Positions 18,439 through 29,567 of a stretch of 64,000 nucleotides of DNA are shown in pieces; positions within the stretch are counted from its first letter, which is position 1, and each line of letters starts with the position of its first letter. The DNA lies in assembly GCA_037927135.1 (NCBI GenBank), contig JAXSPP010000001.1, positions 64,001 through 128,000 on the forward strand. The letters run 5' to 3'. Source of the DNA: Candidatus Pampinifervens sinense. GTDB lineage: Bacteria > Aquificota > Aquificia > Aquificales > Aquificaceae. The notes below the pieces were generated by a model. That model was given only the letters and a program-made list of their open reading frames with translations, did not search any database and was not told where the DNA came from. A program made the translations under genes and the position numbers.

Positions 18439-20124
18439 TCAATCATTAAGGTATTTGGCCACTTCTTGCTTCAAAGATGGGTTTATACCAAGCTTTTTTA
18501 AACTTTGGTCGTCCGCCTTTATAAATTCATACAGATTTTCAAAGTTCCTGTAGATTAGCCTCTTTTTCACCTCGCCTATGCCCTTTATCTTATCCAACAC
18601 ATCCTGCATACTTTCTTTTAGTCTAAGCTTTCTGTTATATGTCAAAGCAAACCTATGAGCTTCATCCCTTATGAGGCCAAAAATCCTGTAGAGGATGGGA
18701 TATTTTTTAAGCTCTATCTCTTTCCCATCCTCACATATTAGAATTTCTTCCTCCTTTGCAAGGGCAAGGACCTTTATAGGTAGAGAAAACTTGTCCCTTA
18801 CCCTTAATGCCACATTAAGCTGTCCGTAGCCACCATCTATGAGCCAAAGGTCTGGCATCTTCTCTTCACCTTCTTTTAGCCTTTTTGCCCTGCGGGAAAG
18901 CACTTCTTCAAGAGCTTTGTAATCGTCTATGCCTTTAAAGGTCTTTATCCTATACCTTCTATAAGCCCTTTTATTCATATCTCCCATTTCCCAAACCACA
19001 CAGGACCCAACCGTATAATCTCCATAGAAATGGGATATGTCAAAGCCTTCAATCCTTTCTGGTAAATTCATATTCAAAACCTTGTTAAACTCTTCCCTTA
19101 AGAGTTCTGGGTCCAATTGGTGTCCCAAGTTCTCCCTTATTAACTCCTCCAGACCTCTATCTATTTCCTTTATAAGGTTAAAGGTTCCTCTTTGTCTTAG
19201 CCACCAAAGGGCCTCTTCTGATATTTCAAAATTTACCATAAGATTCTTTGGCAATGGGCTGGTGTAATAAAATCCCAAAAGAAATTCTTCCAACTCCTCT
19301 TCCTTATCAAGGGTTATTACCTGCTTGTCCACAAGCCTTCCAGACCTTATGAGGAATAGGCCTACGAGCCTTCCCATCTGGTAGATTATGTCCGCATTGG
19401 AATACTCAAGTCCCGATACCCTTTGACCCTTTGATAGGTTTTCCAATGCTTGTATTTGATCCCTAAGCATGGCACATCTTTCAAAGCTTAGGTTTTGCAT
19501 TTCCAGTTCAATTTTTGAATAAAGCTCTTCCAACACTTGGCTGACATCCCCAGAGAGAAGAGCTATGGCAGACTTTACAGAAAGATTGTAAGAATCCTTA
19601 TCTACGAGGCCACAGCAGGGTGCAGAACATAGACCCAGATGGTAATCCATGCAGGGTTCCTTTCTTATAGGCATCGGGTCGCAGGTGCGTAGTTTAAAAA
19701 CTTTATGGATTAACCTTTTTACCCTTCTTGCCTTGGATGTGCTAAAGAAGGGGCCAAAGAGCTGTCCCTTATGGTCTGTGCCTCTTACCACCTTTATGGT
19801 AGGAAAGGCTTCCTTGGTTATAAGCAATAAGGGATAGCCTCCACCATACTTATGAAGCACATTGTAGCGTGGTTTGTGAAGCTGTATCAGGTCCACTTCA
19901 AGGGTTAGGGCTTCGTAAGTGTTGCGTGTTATTATCCACTCCACATCCGTTGAGTTGTTTATTATGGCTCTCTCTTTGCCATCCTTTTCTGCTAGCTTAT
20001 AGTGTTGCAAAAGTCTATCCCTTAAGCTTTTTGCTTTGCCTATGTATAAAACCTTTTTACCCTTTTTAAAGATATACACGCCAGGCTTGTCTGGTGCTTT
20101 TTGAAGCACATCAAGGCTTATCAT
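18439..20124 (-). CDS. uvrC: Excinuclease ABC subunit C
   Basis: GIY-YIG (PGVY...LYIGKAK), IEGFDISH, LIDGG.GQL and RDEAHRFA. Confidence 0.96.
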   Translation of the reverse strand: MISLDVLQKAPDKPGVYIFKKGKKVLYIGKAKSLRDRLLQHYKLAEKDGKERAIINNSTDVEWIITRNTYEALTLEVDLIQLHKPRYNVLHKYGGGYPLLLITKEAFPTIKVVRGTDHKGQLFGPFFSTSKARRVKRLIHKVFKLRTCDPMPIRKEPCMDYHLGLCSAPCCGLVDKDSYNLSVKSAIALLSGDVSQVLEELYSKIELEMQNLSFERCAMLRDQIQALENLSKGQRVSGLEYSNADIIYQMGRLVGLFLIRSGRLVDKQVITLDKEEELEEFLLGFYYTSPLPKNLMVNFEISEEALWWLRQRGTFNLIKEIDRGLEELIRENLGHQLDPELLREEFNKVLNMNLPERIEGFDISHFYGDYTVGSCVVWEMGDMNKRAYRRYRIKTFKGIDDYKALEEVLSRRAKRLKEGEEKMPDLWLIDGGYGQLNVALRVRDKFSLPIKVLALAKEEEILICEDGKEIELKKYPILYRIFGLIRDEAHRFALTYNRKLRLKESMQDVLDKIKGIGEVKKRLIYRNFENLYEFIKADDQSLKKLGINPSLKQEVAKYLND

Positions 20125-20232
20125 AGAGAATAATATAGGTTGTGCGAAAAATCAAAGGTGTAAGTTTAATAAGCCTTTCTGGCTTTAAGCTCCCATAAAA
20201 GGAAAATTAATAAGGATGGATTTACTTCCCTC

Positions 20233-20261
20233 TTGACAAAATGATAAACCGGTCTTATAAT
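20233..20261 (+). promoter_or_regulatory. Consensus sigma-70 promoter of the molybdoenzyme operon
   Basis: TTGACA-17 nt-TATAAT. Confidence 0.8.
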
Positions 20262-20268
20262 GAGTAAA

Positions 20269-20282
20269 GTGATTTAAATCAT
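20269..20282. promoter_or_regulatory. Crp/Fnr-like palindromic operator
   Basis: GTGAT-TTAA-ATCAT (core TGATTTAAATCA is a perfect palindrome), similar to TTGAT-N4-ATCAA; lies just downstream of the predicted +1. Confidence 0.5.
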
Positions 20283-20297
20283 CAAAGGAGGTGAGCT

Positions 20298-23200
20298 ATG
20301 GGTGGTCTAAGCAGAAGAGATGTGCTAAAAGTAGGTGGCTTATCTTTGGCAAGCCTTGTAAGCCCATCCTTTGCTTTTAGGGTTATGGAGCCTGTAGTCA
20401 AGGTAGAAAACCCTATGCTTTATTATCCCAACAGGGACTGGGAGAGGTTTTACAGAGATATATAAGTCGGAAAGCACCTTTACCTTTCTTTGCGCTCCAA
20501 ACGATACCCATAACTGTCTTTTGACTGCCCATGTTAAGAATGGGGTGATGACAAGGATTGAGCCCACATATAAGTTTGGAGAGGCGACGGATATATACGG
20601 CCTTAAAGCATCTCACCGATGGGACCCAAGGTGTTGTAATAAGGGCCTTGCTCTTATGAGAAGGTTTTATGGAGACAGAAGGGTTAAGGGACCCATGGTT
20701 AGGATGGGTTTTTATCAGTGGTATAAGGATGGCTTTCCAAGAGACCCAAAGACAGGCAAACCGCCAGAAAAGTATTTCCAAAGGGGTAAAGAAAAGTTCA
20801 TAAAGGTAACCTGGGATGAAGTGGCAGACATAATAGCAAAGGCCCTAATAAACATAGCAACCACATATACAGGCGAAGAAGGAAGAAAAAGGCTTGAAGC
20901 GCAAGGATACCCCAAGCCTATGATTGATGCCATGGAGGGTGCTGGGACAAGGGTTTTGAAGTTTAGGGGTTCTATGCCTCTCCTTGCAGTTGTTAGATAC
21001 ACATCTCCCTACAGAATGGCAAACATGATGGCCCTTTTGGACAGCCATATAAGGGGAGTGGGTCCAGACAAAGCCCTTGGAGGAAGAGGCTGGGACAATT
21101 ATGCTTTCCATACAGACCTTGCGCCAGGCCATCCTATGGTAAGCGGTCAGCAGAACGTGGAGTTTGACCTATGTATGTGGGAGCACTCAAAGCTTATCAT
21201 CCTTTGGGGAATGAACCCATTTACTACCAAAATGCCAGACTCTCACTGGCTAACGGAGGCAAGGATAAAAGGTTCTAAGGTGATAGTTATATCCAACGAT
21301 TATTCCCCTACTGCAAGGTCTGCAGATGAGGTGATCATAGTAAGAACTGGAACGGACACAGCCTTAGCCCTTTCCATAGCTTATGTGATAATGAAGGAGA
21401 AACTATACCAGGAAAGGTATGTGAAGAGCTTTACCGATATGCCACTCCTTGTAAGGATGGACAACGGCAAGGTCCTAAGGGCAAGAGACATAATACCCAA
21501 CTATCAACCCAAAGAACTTAAAAAGGCGGTGGTTTTCAAACCGGGCGAAACACTTCCACCCTTTTTCAAACAAGAAAAGCAGTATATTCCAGAACCTATA
21601 AGAAAGGAAGATATGAACGACTTTGTGGTGTGGGACAAAAAGAGCAACTCTCCAAAGGTGATAACAAGGGATGATGTGGGAGAAGACTTTTGGAAGCTTG
21701 GTATAGACCCAGCCCTTGAGGGAACTTATAAGGTAAAGACTGTGGATGGAAAAGAGGTGGAAGTAAAGCCCCTTTTCCAAGTTTACCTTGAATTCTTTGA
21801 AAAAAGCTACACCCCAAAGCAGGCAGAGATAATAACGGGAGTGCCAGCCAAGAAAATAGAAAAATTGGCAAGGGAGATAGCATCACATCCAAGGAATATG
21901 AAGCTGGCGCAAGGTATGGGTGTAAATCAATACCAGCATGCAGACCTAAAGGACAGAGCCATGTATATGATATGCGCCCTCACCGATAACATAGGCCATG
22001 CCACAGGAAACATAGGATCCTACGCTGGAAACTTTAGGCTTGCACTCTTTAATGGCGCACCTCAATATTTGGCGGAAGACCCCTTCAACATAGAACTGGA
22101 CCCAAACAAGCCTGCCAAGGTAAGGTTTTATTGGAGTCCAGAGTCTGCCCACTACTATTCTCATGACGACCATCCCCAATATATGGGAGAAGAGCTCATT
22201 ACTGGAAAGACCCACATGCCCACTCCTACCAAGTTTATATGGTTTGTGGATGCCAATTCTGCCCTTGGCAACGCCAAGTGGAAGTACAACATAGTTATGA
22301 ACACCCTTCCAAAGATTGAGTGTATAGTCACCAACGAGTGGTGGTGGTCTATGACCTGCGAGTACTCAGACATAGTGCTTGGAGTGGATGCATGGAACGA
22401 GAACAAATACTGGGATATTGCAGGGTCGGTTACTAACCCCTTTGTGTATGTATGGCCAAAGACTGGACACAGAAGGCTATATGACACAAAGAACGATGCG
22501 GAAACCTTTGCCCTTGTGGCAAACAGGCTTACAGAGCTTACGGGGGATGAACGATTTAGGAACTACTGGAAGTTTGTACTTGAGGGGAAGCAAGACGTGG
22601 TCTATGTGCAAAGAGTTATAAACGCCTCTTCAAACTTAAGGGGCTACAAGCTTGAAGAGATAGCAAAGAAGGCCCATGAGGGCATACCATCCCTCATAAT
22701 GACAAGAACCTATCCCAAGTATGTGGGGAAAGACCAAACGGAGGAGAGTATGCCATGGTATACAAAAAGTGGAAGGCTTGAGTTTTATAGAGAAGAGCCA
22801 GAGTTCATAAACGCAGGAGAAAACCTGCCAGTTTATAGAGAACCAATAGATTCAACCCATTATGAGCCAAACGTAATAGTAGCCAAGCCACATCCACTCC
22901 TTAGGCCCAAAAAACCAGAGGACTACAAGGTTAAAAGCGAAGATGCCCTTTTAAACACAGAGTGGAGACAGGCAAGGAACGTTTTAGTATCTCCTGAGAA
23001 ACTTCCTAAGACAAAGCATCCCCTTAAAGTCACCTTTGGAGCTACGCATATAGTCCATACACCCAAGTATAGGCACTCAGCCCATACCACAACGGGAGAT
23101 ATGGATATTACTACCCTTCTCTTTGGTCCTTTTGGAGACATATATAGGCACGATAAGAGAATGCCCTTCATTTCAGAAGCTTACATAGATATAAATCCAA

Positions 23201-23757
23201 AGGATTTGGAAAAGCTGGGTATAAAGGATGGGGACTACGTGTGGGTGGATGCAGACCCTCAGGATAGACCCTTTGTGGGATGGAAAAACAGACCAGAAGA
23301 CTATGAGGTGGCAAGACTTCTTCTAAGGGCCAGGGCATCCAACAACACACCACCGGGCTGTGCCAAGATATGGTTTAACATGTATGGTTCAACTCATGGA
23401 ACCGTTAGAGGAACAAAGGAAAACCCCAACGGACTTGCTAAGAATCCTTACACCAACTATCAATCCCTTTACAGGAGGGGGAGCCACCAAAGCATTACAA
23501 GGTCTTGGCTAAAGCCTACCTATCAAACAGATACGTTGATAAGGAAGAACCTTATGGGACAGATAATAGGCAAGGGTTTTGAGCTTGATGTACATGGCCC
23601 GATAGGTGCACCTAGGGAAGGTTTTTGCAAGATAATAAAGGCTGAGGATGGCGGAATAGGTGGAAAAGGATTGTGGAGGCCACTAAAGCTTGGCTTTAGA
23701 CCCATGAATCCAAACGAGATGCTAAAGAAGTATGTAAGAGCTGAATACATAAAGTGA
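20298..23757 (+). pseudogene. Periplasmic nitrate reductase / NXR-type Mo-bisPGD alpha subunit (DMSO reductase type II), frameshifted near 20460
   Basis: ATG 20298 gives the TAT leader SRRDVLK and stops at TAA 20463-20465. The [9 protein letters not shown] FS0 motif and the rest of the protein (WDPRCC.KG, NYAFHTD, HTPKYRHSAH) are in another frame through 23757. Confidence 0.85.
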
Positions 23758-23768
23758 GGAGGTGAGCC

Positions 23769-24875
23769 ATGAAAGCTTATAACTGGCAACTAAAAAGGGA
23801 AATCAACTATCCCTACGAGGTCAAAAGGCCAAAAAGGCAGTTTGCAGTAGTCATGGACCTAAACAAATGTATAGCCTGTCAGACATGTACTGTAGCTTGT
23901 AAGACCACATGGACTCCCGGAAGAGGCCAGGAGTATATGCTTTGGAACAACGTGGAAACAAAGCCTTACGGCTTTTATCCCCTTGGCTGGGATGTGAGGC
24001 TCCTTGAGCTTTTGGAAGGCAATAAAAAGACTGTCTTTGATGCGCCGGAGGGTGAAAGGGTGTTGGGCTGGAAACCGGAGGATATGGATTGGATGTATCC
24101 AAACATAGGAGAGGATGAGGTAAACGAGCCCGTGGACATAGGCACTGTGCTTGAATCCTTGCCGCACCCCATATGGATGTTCTACCTACCAAGGATATGC
24201 AATCACTGTACTTACCCCGCCTGCGTTGCCGCCTGCCCAAGGCAGGCCATATACAAAAGGGAAGAGGATGGCATAGTCCTTATAGACCCAGAAAGATGCG
24301 AAGGCTATCAGGAATGTGTAAGGGCATGCCCCTATAAGAAGACCATGTTTAACTTTGTGGCGAGGATATCTCAGAAGTGCATAGGCTGTTTCCCAAGGGT
24401 GGAAGAGGGGCTTCAGCCTCAATGTGTTATAACATGCATAGGCAAGATAAGGCTCATGGGCTTTATAAGCCCACCGGAGGAGGCAAGGCCAGACAATCCT
24501 ATAGACTTTTTGGTACATATAAAGAAGGTTGCCCTCCCCCTATATCCTCAAACGGGGCTTGAGCCAAACGTCTATTACATACCACCCATAAACGTGCCCA
24601 TTAAGTTCCTCAAACAGATGTTTGGCGATGGTGCAGAGCATGCGGTAAAAACCTACATGGCCATGAGGGAAGGAAAAGAGCCAGAGCTTCAAGCCCTTCT
24701 GCATCTCTTTGGCTCCACGCCAAGGATACCATACTCCTTTGCAGTGGGGCCAAAGGAAGTTATAGCTTACGATGAGAAGGGTAAGGAGATAGTTAGAGTG
24801 CCCCTTGTGGAACCTCTTCAAATAAGGCCTCACAAGGACGAAAGGCTTGAGGTTGTAAGGCAAGACATACCTTGA
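23769..24875 (+). CDS. Nitrate reductase/NXR beta (Fe-S) subunit
   Basis: [49 protein letters not shown] and CIGCFPR. Confidence 0.93.
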   Translation: MKAYNWQLKREINYPYEVKRPKRQFAVVMDLNKCIACQTCTVACKTTWTPGRGQEYMLWNNVETKPYGFYPLGWDVRLLELLEGNKKTVFDAPEGERVLGWKPEDMDWMYPNIGEDEVNEPVDIGTVLESLPHPIWMFYLPRICNHCTYPACVAACPRQAIYKREEDGIVLIDPERCEGYQECVRACPYKKTMFNFVARISQKCIGCFPRVEEGLQPQCVITCIGKIRLMGFISPPEEARPDNPIDFLVHIKKVALPLYPQTGLEPNVYYIPPINVPIKFLKQMFGDGAEHAVKTYMAMREGKEPELQALLHLFGSTPRIPYSFAVGPKEVIAYDEKGKEIVRVPLVEPLQIRPHKDERLEVVRQDIP

Positions 24876-24887
24876 AGGAGGTGAGCC

Positions 24888-25724
24888 ATGATAGTTATAA
24901 AGTTTTTAGTTTTTGGCTTGCTTTTACTTAGTTTTTCCTTTGCGCAGGAACTCATATCCAAAAGGGTTTCTAAGACCACCGTAGACCCCTTTGACAAGGT
25001 ATGGGATCAGGCAAAGGAGGTGGAAGTTCCCCTCTCCGGTCAAGCTGTTACCACACCCATGAAGCTAAAACCTACTGTAAACAGCATAAGGGTAAAGAGT
25101 GTAAACGACGGCAAGTATATAGCCTTTTTGCTTGTATGGGAAGACAAAACCCAGGACAGGTTCCACCTTGTAGATGCCTTTCCCGATGCGGTGGCCATTC
25201 AAATACCTTACAAGCCCTCCAGCGATGTGCCAGTTACAATGGGCGATAAAGGGCAGAGGGTTTTAATACTTCATTGGACAGCATCAAGGGAGGAAGACTT
25301 GGAGCATGGCTATGCGGATGTTTCCAAAATATACCCCAATGCAGTCTACGACTGGTATCCCCACGCCACACCACCCTATAAATATCCAGAGGACTGGGCA
25401 AACCAATATGCCCTTAGCTACATAGGAGGTGAAAAGGTCTTTAGAAAGAACACGCTAAAGACCCCTGTTAGAGAGATAGTGGCGGAGGGTTTTGGTTCTA
25501 CCACATGGAAGGATATACAAGGAGCGGAAGGTAAGGGTGTTTACAAGGATGGAAAATGGTATGTGGTTATAAGGAGGGCTTTTGTGGAGGAGAATACGAG
25601 CAATCCAGATTGGGGACCTGGTAAGACAACCTTTATAACCTTTGCCGTATGGGATGGTTCTACTGGCGACGTGGGCGCAAGGAAGGTGCTAAGCTACTCA
25701 TGGATACCTTTAAAGGTGGAGTGA
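24888..25724 (+). CDS. Periplasmic heme-b gamma subunit (ethylbenzene dehydrogenase gamma / DOMON-like)
   Basis: Signal peptide, FPDAVAIQ.P, TMG, AEGFGS and FAVWDG....GARK. Confidence 0.85.
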   Translation: MIVIKFLVFGLLLLSFSFAQELISKRVSKTTVDPFDKVWDQAKEVEVPLSGQAVTTPMKLKPTVNSIRVKSVNDGKYIAFLLVWEDKTQDRFHLVDAFPDAVAIQIPYKPSSDVPVTMGDKGQRVLILHWTASREEDLEHGYADVSKIYPNAVYDWYPHATPPYKYPEDWANQYALSYIGGEKVFRKNTLKTPVREIVAEGFGSTTWKDIQGAEGKGVYKDGKWYVVIRRAFVEENTSNPDWGPGKTTFITFAVWDGSTGDVGARKVLSYSWIPLKVE

Positions 25725-25725
25725 T

Positions 25726-26394
25726 ATGAGTGTATATAAGGCTTATGTTTATAGCTTTCTTTCGGTGGCCTTTTCTTACCCTTCGGAGGAGGTCTTGGAC
25801 GAGCTGTGGGGAGGTCTTGATGACCTCTCCCTCTCTTTAAAGGAGCTTGGCATTGAGTTTGATGTGGAAGCCTTGCGCAGGGTTATAGAAGAGAGTAAAA
25901 GAAGGGTCCTTGACCTCAAGGGAGAATGGACCTCTCTCTTTTCCACCTCTTTAAAAGCCCCTGCCAATGAGACAGCTTATGAGATGGATAAGGCGGCAAG
26001 GAGGGCTTGGGAGCTTGCAGACATAGAGGGCTTTTACAAAGCCTTTGGGCTTGATGTAAAGCCACCAGTGGAGCCAGACAGCCTTGTGGCGGAGCTTGAG
26101 TTTATGGCCTACCTGATAAAGAAGGAGATGTATGCAGAGGAAAGAGGAATGGAGGAAGAGGCAAGGATTGCAAAGGAGGCTTACACCAACTTTTTCAGAG
26201 ACCATCTGGGAAGATGGTATAGGATATTCACAGACCTTGTGAAAGAGAACACGGAGGAAGAGTACTACAAGCTTATAGCTACTCTTTTAAGACTCTTCTT
26301 AGACAACCAAAGGGAAGGTATAGAAGGTATAAAGGATATAGAAGAATACAGGAAGGAAGTGCTGGGAGGCTCCACCTGGAAGTGCGGCTTTTAA
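25726..26394 (+). CDS. TorD/DmsD/NarJ-family molybdoenzyme chaperone
   Basis: FY.AFGL, EPDSL..ELEFM and FF.DHLGRW. Confidence 0.88.
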   Translation: MSVYKAYVYSFLSVAFSYPSEEVLDELWGGLDDLSLSLKELGIEFDVEALRRVIEESKRRVLDLKGEWTSLFSTSLKAPANETAYEMDKAARRAWELADIEGFYKAFGLDVKPPVEPDSLVAELEFMAYLIKKEMYAEERGMEEEARIAKEAYTNFFRDHLGRWYRIFTDLVKENTEEEYYKLIATLLRLFLDNQREGIEGIKDIEEYRKEVLGGSTWKCGF

Positions 26395-26409
26395 CTTATA
26401 ATTTTCTCC

Positions 26410-27381
26410 ATGAGCCAGACCTTGGCGGAAAAGTTTTACTACCTTATGAAGCTTGGGAGGGAGTTTGAGATAAGGTGTAAGGAAGAGTATTTGAAGGGGA
26501 ACATATCGGGCTTTTTGCACCTTGCCATAGGGGAGGAGGCGGTGCATGTGGGTGCGGTGGTGGGCTTTGGCAAGGGGGACCTCTTTTGTCCTTACAGAGA
26601 GCATGTATTGGCTTTGGCAAGGGGCATAGACCCAAAGCTCATAATGGCAGAGCTTTTCGGAAAGGCCACAGGCGTCTCAAAGGGTAAGGGTGGTTCTATG
26701 CATCTTTATGAGCCAAAGATGGACTTTTATGGGGGCAACGCCATAGTTGCCGCGCACATTCCCCATGCGGTAGGCGCAGCCTATGCCAGAAAGCTCATGG
26801 GTGAAAAGGCTGGTGTTTTGTGCATATTTGGAGATGGAGCTACAAACAATGGCACCTTCTTTGAAGCTATAAACATGGCCGCCTTGTGGGAGGTGCCCGT
26901 TTTATTCCTCTGTGAAAACAACTACTACGCCATAGGCACACATATATCAAGGTCCTCGGCCATAAAGGAGCTTCATCTAAAAGCGAGGGACTACATGCCC
27001 ACAGAGGTGGTGGATGGTATGGATGTCTTTGCCGTCTATGAGGCTGTCCTTAGGGCCAAGGCCTACATAGAAGAGTATGGAAAGCCATACTTTATAGAGG
27101 CCATTACCTACAGGTTTGAAGGCCATTCTATGGCCGATAAGGGAGACTACAGGTCTCCAAGGGAGCTGGAGATGTTCAAAAAGAGGGACCCAATAAAGCT
27201 TCTTGTGGAAAGGTCCTTAAAGGAAGGGTGGCTTACAGAGGAACAGATAAGGATCATAGACCAAAAGGTGGAGGCCATAGTAGAAGAAGCTGTCCAGTTT
27301 GCCCTGAGCTCTCCAGAGCCCTCTGAGGAGGAGCTATACACGGATATATACTGTGGGGTGTGTTCCGATGTTATACCGTGA
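26410..27381 (+). CDS. pdhA: Pyruvate dehydrogenase E1 alpha
   Basis: GFLHL.IGEEA, GKGGSMH, TPP motif FGDGA...ENN and YRFEGHSM.D. Confidence 0.93.
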   Translation: MSQTLAEKFYYLMKLGREFEIRCKEEYLKGNISGFLHLAIGEEAVHVGAVVGFGKGDLFCPYREHVLALARGIDPKLIMAELFGKATGVSKGKGGSMHLYEPKMDFYGGNAIVAAHIPHAVGAAYARKLMGEKAGVLCIFGDGATNNGTFFEAINMAALWEVPVLFLCENNYYAIGTHISRSSAIKELHLKARDYMPTEVVDGMDVFAVYEAVLRAKAYIEEYGKPYFIEAITYRFEGHSMADKGDYRSPRELEMFKKRDPIKLLVERSLKEGWLTEEQIRIIDQKVEAIVEEAVQFALSSPEPSEEELYTDIYCGVCSDVIP

Positions 27382-28345
27382 TGCCCTAAACCTTGCCCTT
27401 GACCATGCCATGGAGCATGACAGCAGGGTGGTCATACTGGGTGAGGATGTGGGCTTTTACGGTGGCAACTATAAGGTGACCGACGGCCTCTATGTAAAGT
27501 ATGGGCCAAAGAGGGTCATAGACACGCCAATAGCGGAGAACTCCATAGTGGGCACTGCCATAGGTATGGCTATGATGGGCCTTCGCCCTGTGGCTGAGAT
27601 AATGACGGTAAACTTTGCCATGCTGGCTATGGACCAGTTTGTAAACCAGATGGCAAAGCTAAGATACATGAGCGGTGGAAAGATCTTTCTACCCCTTGTG
27701 GTAAGGATGCCTCAAGGTGTAGCAAAACAGCTTGCAGCACAGCACTCTCAAAGCCTTGAGCATATGTTTGCCAGCATACCGGGCCTTTATGTTTTTTGCG
27801 CCTCCGACTCTATTAGCGCCTACCATGGTCTTTTGTATGCCATAAGGATGGATGACCCTGTGGTCTTTTTGGAGCACACCCTACTTTATGGCATGGACTT
27901 TCCCTTTGAGTATGTTAAAGACTTTGACCCTTTTAGGGCAAGGGTGCTAAAGGAGGGGAAGGATATAACGGTGGTCTCTTACCTTAAGATGGTCCATGAT
28001 GTGCTAAAGGCCTGCCAGTGGCTTGAGGAAAAAGATGGCATATCCTGCGAGGTAATAGACCTTGTCTCTTTGAGGCCCATAGACTTTGAAACCATATACC
28101 AGTCGGTCAAAAAGACAAAGAGGCTTGTGGTGGTCTATGAGGCTCCAAAAAGCTTTGGGCTTGGTGCGGAGATAAGCGCAAGGGTCTCAGAAGAACTCTT
28201 TTACTTCCTTGATGCTCCACCGCTTAGGATAGCTGGGGAGGAGGTGCCCATACCTTACAACAGGAAGCTTGAGCTTTTGGCCATACCCACGCCGGAGAAG
28301 ATATACAGTCAAATACTAAGCTGGAGCAAAAGGCATGGACTATGA
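27368..28345 (+). CDS. pdhB: Pyruvate dehydrogenase E1 beta
   Basis: GEDVG.YGG, DTPIAE, AQHSQS and DPVVFLEH. Confidence 0.93.
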   Translation: MLYRDALNLALDHAMEHDSRVVILGEDVGFYGGNYKVTDGLYVKYGPKRVIDTPIAENSIVGTAIGMAMMGLRPVAEIMTVNFAMLAMDQFVNQMAKLRYMSGGKIFLPLVVRMPQGVAKQLAAQHSQSLEHMFASIPGLYVFCASDSISAYHGLLYAIRMDDPVVFLEHTLLYGMDFPFEYVKDFDPFRARVLKEGKDITVVSYLKMVHDVLKACQWLEEKDGISCEVIDLVSLRPIDFETIYQSVKKTKRLVVVYEAPKSFGLGAEISARVSEELFYFLDAPPLRIAGEEVPIPYNRKLELLAIPTPEKIYSQILSWSKRHGL

Positions 28346-29564
28346 GGTTTTGATGCCACAGTTTTCAGACACTATGGAGAGGGGGAAGGTGGTAAGGTGG
28401 CTAAAAAAGGAGGGGGACTTTGTGGAAAAGGGGGAGGTGATAGCGGAGATTGAAGCAGAAAAGGCCATTATGGAGCTTCAAAGCTTCAAAAGGGGTGTTC
28501 TAAAAAGGATACTGGTAAAGGAAGGGGAAGAGGTGCCTGTGGGCAAGCCCATAGCCATCATGGAGCTGGGAGAAAAGGTAAAGGAAACTCCTAAAGTGGA
28601 AGAGGTGAAAAAGGAAGAGGAGAAAAAACCTCAGGAACCTCCAAAGCTAAAGGTGGAGGTGCAAGAGAAAGTAGAGCTTCCTCCCGGCTTTGCCTCTCCT
28701 TATGCAAGGCTTTTGGCAAAGGAGAAGGGCATAGACCTTCAAGAGCTACAAAAGGAGGAAAGGCTTCCTTCTCCAGCCCATGCCAAGGACATAGAGGAGT
28801 TTTTAAAGGAAAGGCACTTCACACCAAAGGCCCTTGAGCTCTTAAAGGAGTATGAGCTAAGCGTAGAAGAGCTTCTGAAGGAATTTCCAGACAGGAAGAT
28901 TGACGAGGACCTCCTTTTGGCCTACGTAGAAGAGAAGAACATACCAAAGAAGGTGCCTATCTCCTTTGCTCAAAAGAGCCTAATTTCTAACCTTTCAAAG
29001 AGCTTTGTAGTCCCACACTACCACATATACGAGGTCTTTGACCTCTCTTTCATACCTTGGGACAAAGATATCACCCTCACCCATTGGCTCATAAAGATTG
29101 TGGGCGATGCCATGCAATACTTTGAAAGGCTAAGGGCTGTATATAAAGAGGACCACTATCTTATATACCCTTCCTCCAATGTGGGCGTGGCTATAGCTGT
29201 AGGTGATGAGCTTTATGCCCCCGTGGTAAAGGATGTGCAAAGGAAGAGCCTGAGGGAGATAGCCCAAGAGGTAAGAGAGTTAAGAAAAAAGGCGGAGGAG
29301 GGAAGGCTTAGCCTTGAGGACATAAGCGGTGCTACCCTCACCATATCCAACCTCGGTATGTTCGGCATAAGGGCCTTTGATGCGGTCATCCCTTACGGTC
29401 AAGTGTGTATTATGGCCGTGGGCATGCAGGACCAGGAGGGCAAGGCTCATATTACCTTCACCTTTGACCACAGGGTGGTAAACGGCCTTCATGCAGCCCT
29501 TTTTGTAAAGCACCTAAAGGAGAAGGTCTTGGACAAAAGCTACATAAAGATGTTAAAGAGGTAG
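28335..29564 (+). CDS. pdhC: Dihydrolipoamide acetyltransferase E2
   Basis: Lipoyl domain (EAEKA), ASP.AR.LA binding domain, TISNLGMFG and FDHRVVNG. Confidence 0.9.
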   Translation: MDYEVLMPQFSDTMERGKVVRWLKKEGDFVEKGEVIAEIEAEKAIMELQSFKRGVLKRILVKEGEEVPVGKPIAIMELGEKVKETPKVEEVKKEEEKKPQEPPKLKVEVQEKVELPPGFASPYARLLAKEKGIDLQELQKEERLPSPAHAKDIEEFLKERHFTPKALELLKEYELSVEELLKEFPDRKIDEDLLLAYVEEKNIPKKVPISFAQKSLISNLSKSFVVPHYHIYEVFDLSFIPWDKDITLTHWLIKIVGDAMQYFERLRAVYKEDHYLIYPSSNVGVAIAVGDELYAPVVKDVQRKSLREIAQEVRELRKKAEEGRLSLEDISGATLTISNLGMFGIRAFDAVIPYGQVCIMAVGMQDQEGKAHITFTFDHRVVNGLHAALFVKHLKEKVLDKSYIKMLKR

Positions 29565-29567
29565 GCT

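Noticed and set aside
20521-23757. ORF-track 1078-aa protein as the complete alpha subunit
   Set aside because: It starts after the FS0 motif and lacks the TAT leader; the true start is 20298.
20287-24890. Repeated GGAGGTGAGC(C/T)ATG before three operon genes
   Set aside because: Explained as strong Shine-Dalgarno sequences plus start codons.
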